Shown here: positions 1 through 9,582 of the stretch, in pieces
Layout: every line of letters begins with the position of its first letter
How positions within the stretch are numbered: position 1 is the stretch's first letter
IMG/VR virus record: IMGVR_UViG_3300047554_000377
Location: 1-49,771 of that record
DNA length: 49,771 nucleotides
From: a virus
Lineage: Duplodnaviria; Caudoviricetes
Direction: 5' to 3' (one strand)
Translations under genes and position numbers: made by a program
The notes under the pieces: generated by a model
What the model was told of the DNA's origin: nothing
Database searches by the model: none
Seen by the model: only the letters and a program-made list of their open reading frames with translations

Positions 1-1
1 A

Positions 2-673
2 GAAGAACTACAGAAAGCAATCGACGATGGTATTAACTACGAAATAGAATCAAAGAAATCCGTCGTAGAAGAAACAAAACAAATAGCACAAGAAGTAGCA
101 GAAACATCTAAAGATATCATTGGCAAATCTGTTATAGGAATGTCCGATGAAGAGATTGAAAAAATGCTTCCGGACGGATCGGCTGTAGAAGATTATTTTG
201 TTGACATGGAAGGAAAGCTACAGAGCTTTGCTAATTCTAAGACAGCACGTGATTTAGAATCAACTATGTCGGAAAATATTCCGTCATCGTACAAAGAACT
301 ATCTAGCGCCACAGGCCCTACTGGTATAAACATTGACAATATTGATTTTGGTCCAAATGGTCTACCAATCTTTAAACAAGTTAAAGCCAAAGCCGCTGAA
401 GTACCGGCTGCAATAAGAGATAATGAATCAAAAGCAGAAGAAGCTAGACTTAAACGTCAAGCAGAACAAACTACTGCTCAAAAACCAACAGAAACAAAAC
501 CATCTGAAGGTCCTGCTAAAACTACTGACAAACAGGCTACTCTTAATGACGTTGTAGGAAGTTTAAATTCATTAAATAAGTTAATGGGACAACTTATAGG
601 TCAGAACGATGAGCTGTTGAACAAGCAGATCAAAGCGACAAAATCAAGTAGCCAAAACATATTTGCGAGATAA
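2..673 (+). CDS. 5'-truncated CDS; C-terminus of a long acidic/coiled-coil protein (possibly tape-measure or baseplate-hub-like)
   Basis: The frame is open from base 2 (EELQKAIDDG...) through the listed ORF 140..673. It ends with an amphipathic helix (LNDVVGSLNSLNKLMGQLI). Function is a guess from context. Confidence 0.5.
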   Translation, partial: EELQKAIDDGINYEIESKKSVVEETKQIAQEVAETSKDIIGKSVIGMSDEEIEKMLPDGSAVEDYFVDMEGKLQSFANSKTARDLESTMSENIPSSYKELSSATGPTGINIDNIDFGPNGLPIFKQVKAKAAEVPAAIRDNESKAEEARLKRQAEQTTAQKPTETKPSEGPAKTTDKQATLNDVVGSLNSLNKLMGQLIGQNDELLNKQIKATKSSSQNIFAR

Positions 674-676
674 CGG

Positions 677-2401
677 ATGAGTTGGAAAAAATATTTTACT
701 CCTGTACCAACAGGAAACAGTTCAGGGAATTACAGCCCAATCGGTAGTACCAGCTCGAATCCTGGACCTGCAAGAACTAATTATTCTTCGTTCCTTCCGG
801 ACGTTTATACCGGTGCACCAAACAGAGTAGAACGTTATCTTCAATACGATACCATGGACATGGACAGTGAAGTTAATGCGGCTCTAGATATTATCGCAGA
901 ATTTTGCAGTCAAAAAAACAGAGAAAATCAAACACCTTTTCACTTGTTCTTTAAGAGCAAAGCTACCAACACCGAAATTGCTATTCTAAGAGAATATCTA
1001 CAACAATGGTGTAAGCTACAGAATTTTGAAACTAGAATATTTCGTATAGTTAGGAACGTATTCAAATATGGTGATGCATTTTTTATTCGCGATCCTGAGA
1101 ATAAAAAATGGAACTACATTGATCCAGGAAAACTAGTTAAAATTATTGTTAACGAAAGTGAAGGCAAAGAGCCTGAACAGTATGTTATTAGAGATCTAAG
1201 TCCTAACTTCCACGATCTAGTAACTACAGCGATCAATCCAAATACTACAAATACCAACAACAGAGGTACTAGCTATGTTGCCGGTGGCGCAGCCGCTAGA
1301 GGTATGACAGGCTCATACCCAGCTAATCCAGCTAGTTCCGGAAATAGATTTCAAAACGGTCAAGACGAACTAGCTATTGATGCAAAACACATAGTTCATC
1401 TAAGTCTAAGTGAAGGATTAGACAACAACTATCCATTTGGTAATAGTTTGTTAGAAAACGTTTTTAAAGTATTCAAACAAAAAGAATTACTTGAAGACGC
1501 TATTATTATCTATCGTGTGCAACGTGCTCCTGAGCGTCGTGTGTTTTATATTGACGTGGGTAACATGCCAAGCCATTTGGCCATGAGTTTTGTTGAACGT
1601 GTTAAAAACGAAATTCATCAAAGACGAATTCCTAGCGCAACAGGCGGCGGCACAAACGTTATTGACTCTGCATATAATCCGTTGTCTATCAACGAAGATT
1701 ACTTCTTCCCACAAACAGCTGAAGGACGTGGATCAAAAGTTGACACATTACCTGGCGGTACTAACTTAGGTGAAATTGATGATTTAAAATATTTCACTAA
1801 CAAGCTATTCCGCGGTTTACGTATTCCAAGCAGTTACTTACCTACAGGTGCAGACGACAGTCAAGCACAGTATAACGATGGTCGTGTAGGTACTGCATAT
1901 ATTCAAGAATTAAGATTTAACAACTATTGCATGAGATTACAGAGTCTTATGCAGGATAATTTTGATCAAGAATTTAAATTATTCTTGTACGACAAAGGTG
2001 TAAACATTGATTCAAGTTTATTTGAATTAAAGTTTCAACCACCACAAAACTTTGCCACATATCGTCAGGCAGAACTTGATAACCAAAGGATTAATACCTA
2101 CGGTACAATTTCTCAACAGACATACATTTCAAAGAGATTTGCTCTTAAGCGATTCTTAGGTCTAACAGACGAAGAAGTAGCAGAAAATGAACGCTTATGG
2201 GCTGAAGAGAACGGTAAGAGCAAAGCAACAGCTACCGACAGCTCAGGAGAATTACGTGGTGTAGGTATTAGCCAAGCAGGTATACAAGCTGATACAGCCG
2301 CATTAGCAGATGAACCAGCTCCAACAGATGTTGCTCCATCTGAAGCACCGGCTGGTGGTGAACCAGCGGCGCCAGCCGCACCTGCGGCTCCGACTGCATA
2401 A
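677..2401 (+). CDS. gp20: Portal protein (T4 gp20-like)
   Basis: T4-type portal motifs: LLEDAIIIYRVQRAPERRVFYIDVGNMP, EDYFFP..EGRGSKVDTLPGG.NLGEIDDLKYF..KL.RGL.IP.S, ELRF. Confidence 0.95.
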   Translation: MSWKKYFTPVPTGNSSGNYSPIGSTSSNPGPARTNYSSFLPDVYTGAPNRVERYLQYDTMDMDSEVNAALDIIAEFCSQKNRENQTPFHLFFKSKATNTEIAILREYLQQWCKLQNFETRIFRIVRNVFKYGDAFFIRDPENKKWNYIDPGKLVKIIVNESEGKEPEQYVIRDLSPNFHDLVTTAINPNTTNTNNRGTSYVAGGAAARGMTGSYPANPASSGNRFQNGQDELAIDAKHIVHLSLSEGLDNNYPFGNSLLENVFKVFKQKELLEDAIIIYRVQRAPERRVFYIDVGNMPSHLAMSFVERVKNEIHQRRIPSATGGGTNVIDSAYNPLSINEDYFFPQTAEGRGSKVDTLPGGTNLGEIDDLKYFTNKLFRGLRIPSSYLPTGADDSQAQYNDGRVGTAYIQELRFNNYCMRLQSLMQDNFDQEFKLFLYDKGVNIDSSLFELKFQPPQNFATYRQAELDNQRINTYGTISQQTYISKRFALKRFLGLTDEEVAENERLWAEENGKSKATATDSSGELRGVGISQAGIQADTAALADEPAPTDVAPSEAPAGGEPAAPAAPAAPTA

Positions 2402-2404
2402 ATA
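2397..2404 (+). promoter_or_regulatory. T4-late-like promoter box (CATAAATA)
   Basis: One mismatch from TATAAATA; overlaps the portal stop codon, 6 nt before the next ATG. Confidence 0.5.
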
Positions 2405-2409
2405 TTAAT

Positions 2410-2649
2410 ATGATTTTAAGAGAATTGTTTTACGCTGATAAAGATCTCAAAGCTGTGTCTAACGACATGCGCTATTCTGCTGATCGTGATTTTGAAGAAA
2501 TGAAAAGATCAGACACTCGCAAAACTAGACTAACTCTTAAACAGATTAATGAACTAAGAAAAGCATCAGAAGCACATATTTTAGAACAAGAAAAAGAATT
2601 AGAATTTGTTCAAGATATGTATATGACACCAGCCGCTCCTCCAGCATAA
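2410..2649 (+). CDS. Small hypothetical head-module protein
   Basis: 79-aa ORF tightly packed after the portal; helical and charged (RKTRLTLKQINELRK). Confidence 0.75.
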   Translation: MILRELFYADKDLKAVSNDMRYSADRDFEEMKRSDTRKTRLTLKQINELRKASEAHILEQEKELEFVQDMYMTPAAPPA

Positions 2650-2668
2650 CTACTTAAAAGGTTAATTT

Positions 2669-3256
2669 ATGCGGTGCTTTGTGCTAGGCAATGGTCGTAG
2701 TCGACTAAACGTAAGACTCACAGAACTAAAAAAGTTTGGCAAAATATATGGGTGCAACGCCTTATATAGAGAGTTTGATCCTGATTATTTGATCGCTGTA
2801 GATCCTAAAATGATCATAGAAATTAACAAAGCAGGATATCAACGAACACACGAAGTTTGGACAAACGCAAACGCAAAATACAAGACATTTACTGGTTTTA
2901 GATATTTCCAACCTAGTCTAGGATGGAGCTCAGGACCCACTGCCCTACATCTAGCATCATCGCATAATCCGTCTGAAGTGTTTATTTTAGGATTTGACTA
3001 TGTAGGCGAGCAGGGCAAATTTAATAATGTATACGCAGATTCTTTTAACTATAAAAAATCATCTGACACTGCAACCTATCACGGTAATTGGCAACGACAA
3101 ACTGAACACGTGATAAAAACAAATAAAAATATTAAATTTTATAGAGTAATTGAATCTAATCATTTTTATGACCCTGGTTGGAATTATCCCAACTTTAGAC
3201 ACATTTCATACGAAGAATTACAAAGGTTGATGAAAACGTGGCCAGAAAAGGCATAA
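2669..3256 (+). CDS. Putative Maf/DUF115/sialyltransferase-like nucleotide-sugar-binding protein
   Basis: Motif series VLGNGRS, IYGCNALY, PDYLIAVD, SSGPTALHLA, VFILGFD resembles the GT29/GT42/DUF115-like Rossmann fold. Confidence 0.55.
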   Translation: MRCFVLGNGRSRLNVRLTELKKFGKIYGCNALYREFDPDYLIAVDPKMIIEINKAGYQRTHEVWTNANAKYKTFTGFRYFQPSLGWSSGPTALHLASSHNPSEVFILGFDYVGEQGKFNNVYADSFNYKKSSDTATYHGNWQRQTEHVIKTNKNIKFYRVIESNHFYDPGWNYPNFRHISYEELQRLMKTWPEKA

Positions 3257-3333
3257 AACACACCATTATCAACCCCTTTTTGTAATATAAAGTAAATATA
3301 TTTGACAGCCTTGTACAATTACAGGAGGATAAC

Positions 3334-4152
3334 ATGACTGATCGAAATAAATTCGAGCAGATGCTCGAGCATCTTATTAATGATGAATCTGACAAAGCCA
3401 AAGAGCTTTTCCATCAGATCGTGGTTGCTAAATCACGTGAAATCTACGAAGATATTCTTTCCGAAGACTTTGAAGATCTAGAAGAAGTTAAAGACGAAGA
3501 CGAAGACGATCTAGAAGAAGCCAAAGACGAAGATAAAGAAGAAGACGAAAAAGTAGAAGAGAATTTTGGCTTTGCCGAAGCTGACGACGAAGAAGGTGAT
3601 ATCGGTGGTGATGCTACTGATGATTTCATCGACGACGTTGATGCAGAAGACGGTGAAGACGAAGGTGAAGAAGGCGGTGAAGATCTAGAAGACCGCGTTG
3701 TTGACCTAGAAGACGCACTTGACGACCTACGTGCTGAATTTGAAGCATTAATGGCCGACGAGCAAGGCGAAGAAGAACACAGTGACATGGACTTTGGCGG
3801 CGAAGAAGAAATGGAAGATAGCCTAGATCCTAACTTTGTGCGTGAGTACGTAGAAAAAGTAGCTACTCCAAAAGGTGGCGACAACGGTGCTAACACAAAG
3901 AGCGCAGTAGCTGGTAAGAACGATATGGGCGGTACAACTGCTAATATCGCTCGTGGTGGTGAAGCTAAAGGTGAAGGTACAAAAGGCGGCCTACTAAATC
4001 CAAGTCCAAAAGAAGATAACGCAGGAAACATTAATGTTCCAGGCGGTAAAGCTGGCAATGCTTTCTCAAAGAAAGAGCCAGGACACGGCGCAGAGAAGAA
4101 AGGCGCAGGCGAATCCGCTGACAACAAGAAGTCACTTGTTGGCGGAAAATAA
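3334..4152 (+). CDS. Highly acidic prohead core/internal protein
   Basis: D/E-rich centre and Gly/Lys-rich C-terminus; AGGAGG RBS; lies between portal and protease as T4 gp67/gp68 do. Confidence 0.7.
   Translation: MTDRNKFEQMLEHLINDESDKAKELFHQIVVAKSREIYEDILSEDFEDLEEVKDEDEDDLEEAKDEDKEEDEKVEENFGFAEADDEEGDIGGDATDDFIDDVDAEDGEDEGEEGGEDLEDRVVDLEDALDDLRAEFEALMADEQGEEEHSDMDFGGEEEMEDSLDPNFVREYVEKVATPKGGDNGANTKSAVAGKNDMGGTTANIARGGEAKGEGTKGGLLNPSPKEDNAGNINVPGGKAGNAFSKKEPGHGAEKKGAGESADNKKSLVGGK
3475..3533 (+). repeat. 33-bp-period tandem duplication (DLEEVKDEDED / DLEEAKDED)
   Basis: gatctagaagaag..aaagacgaaga at 3475 and 3508. Confidence 0.7.
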
Positions 4153-4164
4153 TAGGATCGATAG

Positions 4165-4791
4165 ATGAATTATCTTCGTGAAAACCTGAGTTTCGATCAA
4201 GCAAAAATGGTCGTTGAATCCGACGGCCATGACGGCAAAAACCTTTATATGAAGGGCATTTGCATTCAGGGTGGCGTTAGGAATCAAAATCAGCGAGTTT
4301 ATCCTGTACAAGAAATTGGCAGGGCTGTCAAGACTCTAAACGACCAAATTACTGGTGGTTACTCAGTGCTAGGCGAAGTTGATCATCCCGATGATCTAAG
4401 AATCAACCTTGACCGTGTAAGTCATATGATCACAGAAATGTGGATGGATGGCCCTAACGGTTACGGTAAACTTAAAATCCTTCCAACACCTATGGGACAG
4501 TTAGTTAAAACCATGTTGGAGTCAGGAGTTAAGTTAGGTGTTAGTTCGCGCGGATCCGGAAACGTTCGAGAGGACGGTTCCGGAGAAGTGTCAGATTTTG
4601 AGATTATCACAGTGGATGTGGTAGCTCAACCTAGTGCTCCGGGAGCATATCCTACACCAATCTATGAACACTTGATGAATAATCGAGGTGGTTATAGTGC
4701 CTTACGCATAGCGCAAGAGGTCAAAGGTGATCCTAAAGCACAACAATATCTCAAAGAGAGCTTATTAGGAATAATAAGCAAGCTCCGATAA
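4165..4791 (+). CDS. gp21: Prohead protease (T4 gp21-like)
   Basis: N.NQRVYP, LGEVDHP (catalytic His), LGVSSRGSG (catalytic Ser), VDVVAQPSAPGAY. Confidence 0.95.
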   Translation: MNYLRENLSFDQAKMVVESDGHDGKNLYMKGICIQGGVRNQNQRVYPVQEIGRAVKTLNDQITGGYSVLGEVDHPDDLRINLDRVSHMITEMWMDGPNGYGKLKILPTPMGQLVKTMLESGVKLGVSSRGSGNVREDGSGEVSDFEIITVDVVAQPSAPGAYPTPIYEHLMNNRGGYSALRIAQEVKGDPKAQQYLKESLLGIISKLR

Positions 4792-4806
4792 CAAAAGGAG
4801 AATCAC

Positions 4807-5898
4807 ATGTTGGATGCACTAAAAACTCTGTTTGAAAACAACGTGATTTCTGAAGAGATCAAAGAGTCTATTGAGTCTGCTTGGGAAGCTCGCATCGTCG
4901 AGAATCGCAATCAAGTAACTCAAGAGCTACGTGAAGAATTTGCTCAACGCTACGAACATGACAAACAAGTCATGGTTGAAGCAATTGATCGCATGGTTAG
5001 TGATCAATTACAAGAGGAAATTGCTCAATTTGTAGAAGATCGTAATAAACTAGCTGAAGAAAGAGCCAAGTATGCAGTTAACATGCAGAAACACTCTGAG
5101 CTAATGAAAGAGTTTGTAGCTCGTCAATTAGCATCTGAAGTTAGAGAATTACACGAAGATCAGATTCAAATGGCTGACAAGTTTGGTAAACTTGAACAGT
5201 TTGTAGTAGAAGCTCTAGCTCAAGAAATCGCAGAGTTCCATACAGATAAGCAAGATCTTGCTGAGACTAAGGTACGCCTAGTCCGTGAAGGCAAGGAGGC
5301 ACTTGCAAGAATGAAAGAACAATTCATTCAACGTGCGGCAAAATTGGTAGAATCTACAGTTGAACAAACTCTAACAAAAGAGATTGGACAACTAAAAGAG
5401 GACATCGAAACTGCACGTAGAAACGACTTCGGTCGCAGATTGTTTGAAGCATTCTCAAGCGAGTATCAATCAAGCTATTTAAATGAGAAATCAGAAACAG
5501 CTAAATTGCTCAAGGTCATAGACAAGAAAGATTTGGAAGTTGCAGAAGCTAAACACGCTGTAGCAGATGCACAGAAAATCTTAGAAAGCAAAGAAGCAGA
5601 AATTAAAGCTCTCGCAGAGAGCAAGCAACGTCAAGAAATTATGACTGAATTGACTGCACCATTAAATGCAAGTCAAAAAGCAATTATGTCAGAACTACTT
5701 GAAAGTGTACAAACGACAAAACTACGCAGTAGTTTTGACAAGTACCTACCAGCGGTAATTGCTGGCGAAGCTCCACAGAAGAAGAAGGCACTAGTAGAGG
5801 CAAAAGAAGTTACAGGCAACAAAGAAACCAACAGCGTAAGTAGCAGCCAAGACGGAAACATTTTCGACATTAGACGTCTTGCTGGTTTAAAACATTAA
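4807..5898 (+). CDS. gp22: Prohead scaffolding protein (T4 gp22-like)
   Basis: Long coiled-coil E/K/A-rich protein between protease and capsid genes; GRRLFEAF motif. Confidence 0.85.
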   Translation: MLDALKTLFENNVISEEIKESIESAWEARIVENRNQVTQELREEFAQRYEHDKQVMVEAIDRMVSDQLQEEIAQFVEDRNKLAEERAKYAVNMQKHSELMKEFVARQLASEVRELHEDQIQMADKFGKLEQFVVEALAQEIAEFHTDKQDLAETKVRLVREGKEALARMKEQFIQRAAKLVESTVEQTLTKEIGQLKEDIETARRNDFGRRLFEAFSSEYQSSYLNEKSETAKLLKVIDKKDLEVAEAKHAVADAQKILESKEAEIKALAESKQRQEIMTELTAPLNASQKAIMSELLESVQTTKLRSSFDKYLPAVIAGEAPQKKKALVEAKEVTGNKETNSVSSSQDGNIFDIRRLAGLKH

Positions 5899-5913
5899 TT
5901 TAGGAGAAAATAA

Positions 5914-7089
5914 ATGTCAGAACTACTAACAAGCCGTTGGGCAGAGACCAAAGAGGCCCTATTAGAAGGCCTACAAGGCACCAAGAAATCTGTTATGTCA
6001 GCTACACTTGAGAATACTCGCAAGTATCTAGCTGAGAGCGCAACTACAGGTGCTACTTCTGCCGGCAACGTCGCAACTTTAAACCGCGTGATTCTTCCAG
6101 TAATCCGTCGTGTTATGCCAACCGTTATCGCTAACGAGTTGGTTGGTGTACAACCAATGACTGGCCCAGTTGGTCAAATCCATACTCTAAGAGTTCGTTA
6201 CAGCGACACTCTAAGTGGTACATATGGTGCTACTGCTGGTGAAGAGGCTCTAAGCCCATTCAAAATTGCTGAAGGTTATTCCGCTAATAACGGAGCAGCC
6301 GTAACAGCAGCCGCTACTGCTAGCCTAGAAGGTGTTGCAGGTAAGCGTATGAGCATTCAGATTCTCAAGCAGACAGTTGAAGCTAAGACACGTAAGTTGT
6401 CAGCTCGCTGGACATTTGAGGCTGCTCAAGATGCACAAGCTCAACAAGGCATTGACATCGAAGCAGAAATTATGGCTGCTCTAGCACAAGAAATCACTGC
6501 TGAAATCGACCAAGAGATTCTTTCTTCTCTAGGTACATTAGCTACTGGCAACGGTAACACACAGTCTTTCGACCAGTCAGCAGTTTCTGGTACAGCTACA
6601 TTCGTTGGTGACGAACACGCGGCTCTTGCTGTTCTAATCAACAAGGTATCTAACACAATCGCTCAGCGTACACGTCGTGGCGCTGGTAACTGGGCTGTGG
6701 TTTCTCCACAAGCTCTAACAATTCTTCAAAGTGCTACAACTTCTGCTTTCGCAAGAACAACAGAAGGTACATTCGAAGCTCCTACAAACACTAAGTTTGT
6801 TGGTACATTGAATGGCGCAATGAAGGTTTATGTAAACACATACGCTTCTGACTCAGCAAACGTATTAGTTGGTTACAAAGGTTCAAGCGAGAGTGATGCG
6901 GCAGCGTTCTATTGCCCATACATTCCTCTAATGAGCTCTGGCGTTGTTTTAGATCCATCAACATTTGAACCAGTCGTATCATTCATGACACGTTACGGTT
7001 ATGTTGAGCTAAACAACACAGCAAGTTCGCTAGGTAATGCGGCTGACTACTTAGGTACAGTTAGCATTTCTAACGTATCTTTCAAGTAA
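5914..7089 (+). CDS. gp23: Major capsid protein (T4 gp23-like)
   Basis: IRRVMP..IA.ELVGVQPMTGP.GQI, VEAKTRKLSARWT.E.AQD, EIDQEI, YCPYIPL, FEP...FMTRYG. Confidence 0.97.
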   Translation: MSELLTSRWAETKEALLEGLQGTKKSVMSATLENTRKYLAESATTGATSAGNVATLNRVILPVIRRVMPTVIANELVGVQPMTGPVGQIHTLRVRYSDTLSGTYGATAGEEALSPFKIAEGYSANNGAAVTAAATASLEGVAGKRMSIQILKQTVEAKTRKLSARWTFEAAQDAQAQQGIDIEAEIMAALAQEITAEIDQEILSSLGTLATGNGNTQSFDQSAVSGTATFVGDEHAALAVLINKVSNTIAQRTRRGAGNWAVVSPQALTILQSATTSAFARTTEGTFEAPTNTKFVGTLNGAMKVYVNTYASDSANVLVGYKGSSESDAAAFYCPYIPLMSSGVVLDPSTFEPVVSFMTRYGYVELNNTASSLGNAADYLGTVSISNVSFK

Positions 7090-7108
7090 TCAATACTTGC
7101 AAGCTGTT

Positions 7109-7138
7109 GAAAAGGACTCTTCGGAGTCCTTTTCTTTT
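7109..7138 (+). terminator. Rho-independent terminator after the capsid gene
   Basis: GAAAAGGACTC-TTCG-GAGTCCTTTTC hairpin with a C(UUCG)G loop and T-tract. Confidence 0.9.
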
Positions 7139-7142
7139 GAGT

Positions 7143-7150
7143 GATAAATA
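7143..7150 (+). promoter_or_regulatory. T4-late-like promoter box (GATAAATA)
   Basis: Intergenic, immediately after the terminator; the same motif precedes many structural genes. Confidence 0.65.
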
Positions 7151-7154
7151 CATT

Positions 7155-7220
7155 GTCTAAAAAGAACTCGTCTGTGAACGAGACTTATGCAGAAGTCCTC
7201 TGCGTAGACCTAGAACGTCA
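7155..7220 (+). ncRNA. Candidate structured 5' leader RNA
   Basis: Hairpins CTCGT/ACGAG (7167-7182) and TATGCAGA/TCTGCGTA (7186-7206), with a possible closing pair GTCTA/TAGAC or TCTA/TAGA. Confidence 0.4.
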
Positions 7221-7237
7221 ACTTATGGAGAAAACAA

Positions 7238-7603
7238 ATGGGACGTCCAATTAATAAAAGAAAATTTGGTGCTACCGGTGTTGATGCAACACCAACAATT
7301 CCAGTACGCTTTAAACTAGGCGGCACTGTATATGAAGGCTACATTGTTAAGCAACGTGCTACTCGTAAATTTAACGTTAGCACAGACGACGGTACAACGG
7401 CAACTGGTGCTTGCACACTAACTGATGCAGTAACACCTGCTAACAACGGTGACGCAAGTTTAGTTGGCATTACAACCGGCGGTGGCGCAGTTACTATCAA
7501 GAAGTTAACCAACAGAGTCGCAACTGACTACAACGGTAATCGTTATACATATTCGTTAGAAGACGATTCTACTGAAACTTTAATTCGTTTAACAGCGATC
7601 TAA
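7238..7603 (+). CDS. Hypothetical virion-associated protein
   Basis: GGAG RBS; 121 aa; own late box; directly follows the capsid gene. Confidence 0.75.
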   Translation: MGRPINKRKFGATGVDATPTIPVRFKLGGTVYEGYIVKQRATRKFNVSTDDGTTATGACTLTDAVTPANNGDASLVGITTGGGAVTIKKLTNRVATDYNGNRYTYSLEDDSTETLIRLTAI

Positions 7604-7606
7604 TCA

Positions 7607-7624
7607 TAGGGGCTTCGGCCCCTA
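7607..7624 (+). terminator. UUCG hairpin (weak terminator or RNA stability/processing element)
   Basis: TAGGGGC-TTCG-GCCCCTA with no U-tract after it. Confidence 0.55.
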
Positions 7625-7638
7625 ATTAGGATTTATAC

Positions 7639-8661
7639 ATGACAAAGATAGTACGAGTTAACGAAGGCGATTATAGAGTTGGCGTCCAACCGGGAGGCAC
7701 TATAACTCTTGACACCGGATGGCAAACAGGTAACGTTGAGGTTACTGGTAATCTAATCGTCCGCGGAGATTATACCACTGTTGAATCTGAAACAATGGTA
7801 GTTAAAGATAATATCATTGTTCTTAACCAAGGCGATTCTGGCCCAGGCATTACACTAAATCAGTCAGGTATTGAAATCGTTCGTACTAATGGTCCTAAAT
7901 TAGATCCAGGCGAACAAAATGACGGTAATATTTTTATCGTATTTGACGAAACTGTTGATCATTTAAATCCAGCTACTAACGAAAATGAATACGGTACTCT
8001 TATTTTTAAAGCTAATGGCGGTAGATTAATTGGTATTAGAACAAACAGTATTAACACTAATGGCGGTGACCTAGCTTTAATTAACAGCGGTACTGGGATT
8101 ATCACTGTTAGAAACACCAGCGCCTATGAACAGAATGTTTTAGATTATACTGATTGGGCTAGTTTATCTGGGCCGATACAGTTAACAGATGATCCAGATG
8201 CTATCCCCAATACACAGGCTCTAGCTGATTATGTAGAATCTCAATTATATTTCTTTGACGACTATGCTATTTCAACTGGTGATACAAAAGTTGAGTGTTT
8301 TGATACATCGGAAGGTGATGCGGCTAGCAAGATAACATTTGAAGTCGATGGTGTAGAAAAAGGACAGTTTAATGTAAACGGTCTTAATGTTGATAATATT
8401 AGATTACTGTCAAATACTATATCAAATACTAGTGTTGGAAATAATTTAATTCTAACAGCAACAAATAAAAATATTCAAGTTGGCGGGTATCTAAATTTAC
8501 AAGATCAAGTATCAGATCCGTTATCTGCTGGCGGGTACAATAAGTTGTATTCAAAATCAACTAGTGGCCCTGGAGATACAGGTATATATTTTGTAAATAC
8601 TAGAGATTCAAACGAACTAGTGAGTAAAAAACGAGCCCTGCTGTTTAGCATGGTGTTTTAA
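7639..8661 (+). CDS. Virion structural protein (fibre/baseplate-like)
   Basis: Beta-rich G/N/T/D composition; VTGNLIVRG, VKDNIIVLN.G, SGIEI.R motifs; hydrophobic C-terminus ALLFSMVF. Confidence 0.65.
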   Translation: MTKIVRVNEGDYRVGVQPGGTITLDTGWQTGNVEVTGNLIVRGDYTTVESETMVVKDNIIVLNQGDSGPGITLNQSGIEIVRTNGPKLDPGEQNDGNIFIVFDETVDHLNPATNENEYGTLIFKANGGRLIGIRTNSINTNGGDLALINSGTGIITVRNTSAYEQNVLDYTDWASLSGPIQLTDDPDAIPNTQALADYVESQLYFFDDYAISTGDTKVECFDTSEGDAASKITFEVDGVEKGQFNVNGLNVDNIRLLSNTISNTSVGNNLILTATNKNIQVGGYLNLQDQVSDPLSAGGYNKLYSKSTSGPGDTGIYFVNTRDSNELVSKKRALLFSMVF

Positions 8662-8671
8662 AGGATAAAAA

Positions 8672-9004
8672 ATGGCGATTCGAAGTGTAGCAATTGGAAC
8701 AGGCAATACAGATCTATATACAAGTAGCGGTAACAATGCTGTAACTACTATAATGATTTGTAATACTGCAACGTATAATCCAGCAGATCCAACAGCTGGT
8801 TCAACTTATCTCGATCTACATTTTGTCGCATCTGGAGACGGTATTTCAACTACAAATCTTGTTGTAAATCAATTGCCAGTGCCAGCAGGCGAAACAGTAA
8901 CATTTGACACAGAACGAATTATTTTAGCTAACAACGATAGAATTGTAGCTAGCTCTGCTAGCCCATCTAATCTAGTAGCAACAATATCAACAATGGAAGT
9001 CTAA
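8672..9004 (+). CDS. Small ~110-aa beta protein, paralog family A (with 16735 and 29003)
   Basis: TDLYT...VTTIMICN...VPAGET...ERIILANND.I pattern shared with the two paralogs. Confidence 0.7.
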   Translation: MAIRSVAIGTGNTDLYTSSGNNAVTTIMICNTATYNPADPTAGSTYLDLHFVASGDGISTTNLVVNQLPVPAGETVTFDTERIILANNDRIVASSASPSNLVATISTMEV

Positions 9005-9549
9005 TGCGTTATCTAAGACGTCAAATCCTTAACAAGAAAACAGTCACTGGAAGAAACAGCATATATGTTGATCAATCCGGTGAAGCAGTTATCGAATCTC
9101 GATATAGTTTGTTATTGCCAAGAGGCGATAACGAAACACAAAGCCCTGACGATTCCACAGGAGCTAGTTATATCAACGGTATGATAAGATATAACACTGA
9201 AACTGAACAATTTGAAGGTTATCAAGACGGCGCATGGCGCAGTTTTAAATTCAAAGAACCCGGAAACATTATATTCCAAGAGCTAGGTGTAGGTGATGCA
9301 GTAGAAGATACATTTGGTCCTTTAATTCCGGATCCTTACGCTCTAACAGCACAAAGCGAAGTTACGTGGAACGCTACACAAATGGCTAGAAATCTAGTCG
9401 TTTTAGTTGAAAACGTTTATCAAATAGGCAACGTAAACTTCACAGTAGTACAAAATCCAGGCGGCTACGACCCTGGAACATATCTAGTATTTGGTACACC
9501 GCCTCCTATGGGCAAACCTGTTTACGTGTACCACAACTTTGATCAATAA
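9004..9549 (+). CDS. Virion structural protein
   Basis: LLLPRG...GMIRYNTE..QFEGY..G.W motif shared with 9583 and 12759; TAATG translational coupling. Confidence 0.65.
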   Translation: MRYLRRQILNKKTVTGRNSIYVDQSGEAVIESRYSLLLPRGDNETQSPDDSTGASYINGMIRYNTETEQFEGYQDGAWRSFKFKEPGNIIFQELGVGDAVEDTFGPLIPDPYALTAQSEVTWNATQMARNLVVLVENVYQIGNVNFTVVQNPGGYDPGTYLVFGTPPPMGKPVYVYHNFDQ

Positions 9550-9556
9550 TTGAACC

Positions 9557-9564
9557 GATAAATA
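9557..9564 (+). promoter_or_regulatory. T4-late-like promoter box (GATAAATA)
   Basis: Intergenic motif upstream of a GGAG RBS. Confidence 0.65.
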
Positions 9565-9582
9565 CTAGCATTGGAGCATTCA

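Noticed and set aside
3302-3319. TTGACA followed by TACAAT upstream of 3334
   Set aside because: The spacer is only 6 nt, incompatible with a sigma70 promoter
3444-4127. 227-aa Ser-rich antisense ORF
   Set aside because: Shadow of the GAA/GAC-rich acidic gene on the + strand; no independent evidence
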